Of a DNA stretch of 64,000 nucleotides, positions 54,436-64,000 are shown piece after piece (positions within the stretch are counted from its first letter, which is position 1; each line of letters starts with the position of its first letter). A program made the translations under genes and the position numbers. This DNA is from Eledone cirrhosa (taxonomy: Eukaryota), in the NCBI GenBank assembly GCA_964016885.1, contig OZ024743.1:347138001-347202000 (forward strand), given 5' to 3'. The notes below the pieces were generated by a model. It was not told the origin of the DNA. It was given only the letters and a program-made list of their open reading frames with translations, and searched no databases.

Positions 54436-57400
54436 CTACAGGCTGATATAGAGAGAAAGCCCATTCACTTGGGCCATTCTCGCCACTTTCACCCACCTTT
54501 CATAAAACTTGCTGGGGTACAGCACCTCTCTCTCGATCCTGATTCTTCTTCCAAAGTGGTATTTGAAAAAATGAATCAGCTGTTGGCCGGAGAGAAAGGT
54601 CTCTTACCTCAGCCCTTTCTATCTTGTCCACCATACAACCTCTTTCGCCATAGATCTCACACAAAGGAAAACCGCCTCTCCTTCGTTTTTGAAGGAGGAT
54701 GGCAGTTTGATCATGACAATTGACTGGGTGGACAACCGGATTGGTCCCACCCGCGACAATAGTCGTTCTACATAGCCCCACAGGTCGGTGACGCCCGGGC
54801 TGTGTATGAATGCTTGCGCGACGGTTTCTTCGTCTCGCACGCACCTCGGACAGATCTTTTTTGCAGGGTCCCTTCCCGGGCGCCCATGTATGTAGAGCTT
54901 GTCTCGAACTGGTAGAGCTCCTTGGTAGCACTGCCAGGCCAGGGACTTTTGGAAGTTGTCCATCGGTCCCGGGCGGAAGGTCCTACCGAACAGACTGGCC
55001 AGTTCATCTTCCTCTACGCCTAGAGTTTCATCGACCGCGTCGTCGCACTTGCTGCGGATCAACCCTCTATAGAATGACGAAGTGGAGTCTCCACTGATCG
55101 CCATGTCCGCCTGCCGGAGGGCTGTGAGCGCCTGAGCACATTCGATGTGCCAGTCGCCCATTTTCCTCGGTCTCTCCTTGAACCAGGACTGCAGCTCGGT
55201 CAGCGAGACGAGTCGTGGGAAGGCTCGCCTCACGAACGGCGCCCACACCGGTTGTCCGGTGAGGAATACGTGGAGATGCCGCAGCCTGAGCGCGTGTTTG
55301 CGCATTGTCAGCCACGGCAACCCCAACCCTCCATTGGAAGGGTGTTGGCAGCAGATGGATCTTCTCAGCAAAGGAGCCCCCCTCTTCCAAAGTAATTGGA
55401 AGAGCGCGCGATCCATTTTGGTGAGCGTTTTGGCTGGGCGAGGCACGACGGTCAAGCGGTAGTAGATGGCGGACGCGATAAAAGTGTTCGCCACCTCCGC
55501 TCGACCTTTCAAGGATAGTTTGCACTTGGCCCACTTCTGGGTGAGTGCAAACACCTTGGCCGTCACCTCGTTCCAGTTCTGCTCAACCTGGAGGTCCGGA
55601 CCAAACTAGACCCCGAGAAGCTTTACCGGTTCTTCCGTCCAGCGTCCGACGACGACATCGGAAGGCATCGGTTTGCATCTCCGCGATCCGAGTTGCAAAC
55701 CGATGGACTTGACCCGGTTCAGCTTCGCTCCTGTGAAACTTTCGTATTCCTTCAGTAAGGTGCCGACTTCCTCGTTTTGCGAGGCGCTCGACAAAATTAC
55801 TGTTACGTCATCGGCGTATGGCGGACGACGCTTTCCGCAGTCCCGGTGCCAGAGGGATGCCCTGCAAAAGCTCCAACTTCCGCAGTTTAGGCTCGAGAGT
55901 CAGTACGTACAGAAGGGAGGAGAGAGGGCATCCCTGTCGAATGGATCGCGTGATATGGAACGGCTCCGAGAGGTAACCGTTCACCTTGACCCTTGAGCAG
56001 ATGTTGCTGTTGTGCATTGCAGCAATCCAGCCCCTGAACACGGGTCCGAAGCCTGCCGCCTCGAGTACCGCATCCAGGTAACGATGGTTAACTCTATCGA
56101 AAGCCTTAGACTGATCCAAGTTGATCAGGGCCCCACCGAAGCATGTATCGCATGAGGTGGAAGTTGTCGTGTATGTACCTGGTCGGAATTGCGGATGTCT
56201 GCGCTTCTCCCACCAGGTTCTCGACGACAAGCGCCAGCCTCTTTGCCAAGACCTTGGCCAACATCTGTAACTCTGTGTTTACAGAGTTATGGGCTGGAAG
56301 TTGCCTATGTCATCCCCCTTATTCTCGTCCTTCCTGACTAGTGTGACTACGCCCCCGGTCACAGAACTGATAATTCTCCCGTTCTGTTGCCAGTTGCAGT
56401 AGACCGCTTCCAGGAGACCGGAGAATAAGTCTGGCATTGCTACGTAAAATTCGTAGGGTAGACCGTCGAGACCTGGAGATATGAATGTGCCGCATTGGAT
56501 CAGCGCGTCCCCTATCTCAGCGGCTGAAATCGGCTTTTCGCAGAACTTTGTCTCGCTGTCCGAGAGTCGCGGTAGGCCGTCGAGGTATGGACGGAAATCC
56601 ATAGACCCTCCCGGCGCGCTGCCCTGCCCGAAAAGTTGAGCAAATTGCCGTTGAAAGGCCGCACACATCTGCTTCGGCTCACGTATCACGCGTCCGTTTT
56701 AGTCCTTCAAAGACCGAATCGTTGACTTGATGCCACTTTTTGCCTCCGTCACTCGGACCCAGCTAACAGCTTTGGCTCCCTCGTTTCCCAGGGCATGTAT
56801 TTTGCTTCTGACAACGCAGCCCTCGTGCTTTGCGTCTAAGAACTGGTCCAAGGCCGTTCTCATTGCTAGCACGCTGGCTACGTTGCCGCTTCTAATTGCC
56901 TCTTCTACTTTATCTACCAGTTCCTTCTCGGTTCTATTTCTATCTAACGCTAATTCTTTACTAAAAACTAACGAGTCTAATCTAACTGCCCTCTTGAGAG
57001 AGCACCACCATTTGTTGTTGACATTGGCCCCTGTCAAGTGCTGTTTAACTAAAGTGATAATCCGTCTACTGTAGGCTTTGCATGTCGGTAACGACAAGTT
57101 CAGCTTCCAGTAGCCGGGTCCTTGTCTATGGGTTCTATCAAGGTTGGCCATGCAGGTCACTAGTTTGTGATCTGAATAGGCAACCATGAACATTTGTGGA
57201 CAGCTTAACATGTCCCTATCCTTATTTCTAACTAGAACCCTATCTAGGTACGATCTAGATGTTCCCCTGCGATTAGTACACGTCCACAGTGGCACAGTCG
57301 GAAAATCTAGTCGATATCTATCGGCCAGGTCAAATCGGTCGATTAACTGTTTGAGGCTGTTACATGCTCCCACATAGTCTCAACGTGCATCTAGGATTCC

Positions 57401-57829
57401 GTTCCAGTCCCCCACTAAAAGCAAGGAACGGGACGTTCCCAGAAAAGTCTCTAGACGTTTGAAGAAGTCTGTCCGCGGTGTCCCGGATGGAGCATATGCA
57501 GCCGCCAGCCTGAAGGCTCCACCATCACTACCGTCAACGTTTAGGACCACCAGTCGACCCTCCGGGTCCAGATGTACCGTCCGTGTTACGAGGCCCAGGT
57601 GATTTCGCAGCAAAACGGCAACCCCGCCCCCACCCCCCGGCCGACAGAGAGATGCGTAGATTTCAAAGTCACCGAAGATGGGGGCTAACTGTCGCTCGCT
57701 GTGGATCCTGGACTCGCAAATGGCTTCTACGTCCATACTGTGCGACCCGAGGTCGTTTAAGAGTTTGCCCTGTTTCCAGGGCATCACCAGGCCGCGTACT
57801 TTCACACATCCAACTATTATATTGGCCAT
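54436..57829 (-). pseudogene. Tx1 ORF2 (APE endonuclease + RT), multiply disrupted
   Basis: IVGCVKVRGL, AYAPS, VGDWN, SYLDRVL, YSDHKLV, GPGYWKLN, SPGLDGLPYEFY, LDQSKAFD, RQGCPLS. Confidence 0.9.
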
Positions 57830-58889
57830 GTTGGTGCTGAAAAGTTAAAAGAGGAAAAGAAACACTCACCCTTCGTCTCCTGGGGACCAAGCTGCACGAT
57901 TTCCATAGGGGTGTTGGAGGGGTTGTCTGGGTGGGTGGTGGTTTCCGGCGGGGTGGGGACGGAGATGTTTAGTGGGGTGGGGTCTGGTGGGATGGGGGTG
58001 TCTGGGGTAGGGAGACATTTGAGAAGGACGCGGTTAAGTGGTTTCACGCAGGAATTCCCCACATCCTTTTCAAATGTTTCTTTTAGGGACCTATAAGTTT
58101 GTATAGGGACCCTAATCAGTTTTAGGTTCAGTTTTTTGTTAATTTTTAATAGAGTGGGCGAAAGTTTTCCCTTCGGTTTTCACCGAAGGGTCGTTCGTGA
58201 TAGTCTCCATTAGTGTTTTGTTTTCAGTGTTTATGTAAGTGTAAGTGTAATTTTCTTGTGTTGTGTTTGTTTTTGTCTGTAGTTCCTGTGTGTGCTTTCG
58301 TTTTGTTGTAGGTATTTTGTTTTCAGGAGGTGGGAGTTTTGTTTGTGATGTTTTGTTGTTTGTGTTGGTGGTTGTATGTTTGTGGTAGTGTTTACTGGGT
58401 TTTGCTTTGTGATGTCTTTTCTTTCTTTTCGAGCGATGGGGTTCTCCCTCGTCTTCACTGGGTGATGGCGGGATAGCCTGATCTATTGTATCATCTGTGT
58501 GATTGGGGAGGGGTATGACTTGGGGAGCTGTTGTTCTGTATGTGATTTTGCAGTGGTTTTAGGTGGAGTGGGTTGGGTGGGTCTGTGTTTGTTTTGGTTA
58601 TTTTTGTGTGTTGGTGTTGTTGTTGTGGTGGTGGTGTTGGTGGTTGTGTTATTTTGATGGGTGGCGGCAGAAGAGTCTTTTTTTTACTCATTAATTTAGG
58701 ACAGGAAGCCCTCTTGTGACCTCTGCTAAAACAGTGGTAACATGAAGGCCGCCTACCCTCAACCGAAAAGTTTATGTAGGTGAGTCCGTCCACGAGTACA
58801 CGTTGTGGGATCATAGCTATTCGCTCTGGGCTCATTTGCACCAGAACTTCAACGCTAGTCCCATTGAATACATCTCTGGGGGACTTTCC

Positions 58890-58890
<1 letters not shown>
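57817..58890 (-). pseudogene. Tx1 ORF1 remnant with CCHC zinc knuckle
   Basis: VEGRRPSCYHCFSRGHKRASCP followed by a low-complexity P/T/K-rich tail. Confidence 0.75.
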
Positions 58891-58950
<60 letters not shown>

Positions 58951-59574
58951 GAACTTTTTATTGTCTGAAGATAGATACTCAGACCGGTGACATAGATATC
59001 TGCTGTCTGACTACTGACAATATTGTCCACAATGTGAGAGACCAAAATATTTCAAATTACCATTTCCTTCTACTCGACAAGACCAATAGCACAAAAAAGA
59101 GCACCAATACCGCCACCAATACAAAGGTTTATATGAATAAGTTCTCCACACAAACTAAGGTTTGAAATTTCCTTATCAAATCTAACATAAAATATTTGTC
59201 ATGTGATAATTGCACCCGTGTGTATGTGTGTATCTGTGTGTGTGTCTGTTTTTGCCAGTATTTACTTTAGTTTTTCGTCTATATCTAGTAACAGCAGTTC
59301 TACACAATAAGTATGAGACGCGAAATTATAAGTACTGTGCTAGATATCATCGATTAAATCCCTTCATGGAACTGCTCTAATATGCCTGCGGTCATAAGGT
59401 GGCAGGATTCATTGGGGAATGGTAATTTAGATAGAGAAGAGTGGTTGATGGTGGCCGTGGGATGAAGGGTGACTTAAACTCTACTTCGGTATTGAGTACT
59501 CTTTTCTCTCGGTCGTCAACTACATACAGATACACCGCATTTCCCTACATTTTCAAATCTTTGGTTGTCAAAAT

Positions 59575-59607
59575 CAGGGTGCGTCTTCGGCGCCGGGAAA
59601 TACGGTA
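59575..59607. mobile_element. Isolated Tc1/pogo-type terminal inverted repeat
   Basis: cagggtgcgtctt..cgccgggaaatacggta resembles a pogo/Tigger-family end; partner not found. Confidence 0.4.
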
Positions 59608-59649
59608 TATATAAGAGTGAAGGAGGCGATAGAGAAGGGGGGGGGGGGT

Positions 59650-60660
59650 AGGAAATAAGGCATGTGTTGTTTCTTGAATGTCGAACGACCACAAAATTGT
59701 TTCTCATTGGCTTATGCATTAACAATGAGGAACACTTCAAGAATATGCATATAATCCTTGCTGCAAGGGGAAGAGCTTTCAATATTTTGCCCTCCCAGAA
59801 TGTCATTGTGAATCACACTGAAGCTTTGTAGACAGTCATCAGTTGAAAGGGAGTGGAGTATTTTCTGGTTCATTCACTTGCTGTATTCGTAATCTCTCTT
59901 ACCATGAAAGAGTATCTGTCATTGTGAGGTTTAGGAAGACGTTTCGACTGCGATGGTTTTATTTGCATGGTGCCGAAGTGAAAAGAAAAATATTAGCAGT
60001 GATGTTGTCTCAGGTGTGTTTGTGGAGACTAGATTTCCACATCTTCATTGGAGACTATATTTTATTCAAGTTTCTCTTCATGGAGACGGTGCAGATTTGA
60101 CCTGGAATATTTAGTCTACATGTGTGTGACGCTTAAATGTTGGAAGGTCAAAGAGAGGCAAATAATGGTAAAATCTGGATGGGGATGAGCGTTATTAGAG
60201 ATAACAACAAAATGTTGTTAATATAATTGAAAACAAGTAGACATGCAAGAGAGTTGATGAAATATTTGTCAGAATTATCCCAGATTTAGAATGTGCCATC
60301 GTTTCGAAGATTTCGGCCTAAAAAACGAGAGTTGAAAGAATCCTACATCTGAGTAGCTTACCTAGAATAATTGCATACCAGGCAAGTTAAATTCTTTGTC
60401 ATGTGCAGTGACATTCTTTCGAAATGTTTTCCCTTGTGGGATATTATTGAATGGCTTAGAAAAAGAGGTTTCCAGTAGATTTCATTTACGGAAGCCGAAA
60501 TATTGGTAATTGCGGAGGATTCTAGAATCAATGCATTGGAGAAGGATATGAGGGTGATCGATCAATATTTGGTTCATAACACCCATTTCATATCGCCTTT
60601 CTAAAGTACTATCAACGCAATATCCATGACTTAAATCTTTACATTTCTATTGCAATATGG
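59650..60660 (-). pseudogene. Very decayed LINE RT fragment (CR1/Jockey-like)
   Basis: Minus-strand ITLIS... and QYFGFRK-like motifs only. Confidence 0.35.
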
Positions 60661-60905
60661 TGATGTAGTTGGGGAACATGAGCATTCCCTCCTACTTTAC
60701 ATTCCAATCATTAGCATACACACATTCACATGTATTATATATATATATACCACCCCACACACATATATATATATATACATGGAGAGAGAGAGGGGGGGGG
60801 AGAGAGAGAGAGGGTAGGTGAGAGAGAGGGAGGGAAGATATATAAGTGTGTGTGTTTGTGCATATATATATATATATATATATACATATTTAATAAATAT
60901 ATATA

Positions 60906-63452
<2,547 letters not shown>

Positions 63453-64000
63453 ATATTTTACTCTCTTGATATTCGTATATCTCATTCTAACTGTTTACAT
63501 TTTCCAAAACTTTCTTATGCTATCTAGACAGGAGAGAAGAGAGGTGCCTACAACTAGTTTCAGATAGATGGGACAGAGGTAAATAGAATGTATTTTCGAT
63601 CGGGAGACCAAGTTCGAATACTTGAATGTATCTACACTGCTAATGTCATACAAATGCCAGGTATTGGACTTAAACCGGATAATAGATTTAATCTGCTATT
63701 CAAGTAGATCGCAGTGTGTTTTAAATTCAGAACGCAACGTGCCGGAAAAAATGGTATGATTAATAATCGATTTTTAGAATTTTCCCATATATACTGGGCC
63801 AATGAGGTTGAGCCACTTTTTTTTTCTTCATCCTAAAAGAGTGCCTCTATTTTAAAGACCTAGCTCGTTGTCCAAAACAGAAAATCTGAGATTCTTTCTA
63901 CCTGCCCATATACAAGTTCCCAGTCTTTGTGTTGGGGTATGCGTGAAATTATTTAATTCATATTTTCGTGAATTAGTACGTGCCATATAGGCGTTTTAAC

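Larger units (their letters stand above)
54197..58890 (-). mobile_element. Tx1-clade LINE copy B, near full-length and decayed, with (GATA)n on both sides
   Basis: ORF1 remnant, ORF2 with APE and RT homologous to 6068-8164, and a matching 3' UTR gtggctaataaagaaac. Confidence 0.92.

Overview
AT-rich, microsatellite-saturated eukaryotic non-coding DNA with no recognisable host-gene exon. The SINE family and the (TA)n/(CA)n/(GATA)n density suggest a cephalopod (Octopus-like) genome; this is inference. Nearly all short ORFs in the track are translated microsatellites. All real coding sequence is from transposons. There are three Penelope-like elements (PLEs: RT + GIY-YIG), one with an intact 758-aa ORF, each bounded by outward-facing inverted pseudo-LTRs. 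There are two copies of a Tx1-clade LINE, both in (TCTA/GATA)n, plus an internally deleted RTE-group LINE, RTE fragments, a non-autonomous Helitron, MITEs and tRNA-derived SINEs. The main hidden signal is catalytic RNA. I read about 8 type I hammerhead motifs with an intact or compensated core and about 10 decayed ones, mostly in small non-coding or fold-back elements within (TA)n tracts. One is a retrozyme-like element with a 537-nt unit between two hammerheads. There is also an HDV-like ribozyme candidate and a unique pre-miRNA-like hairpin. All folds were read by eye, and no activity has been tested.
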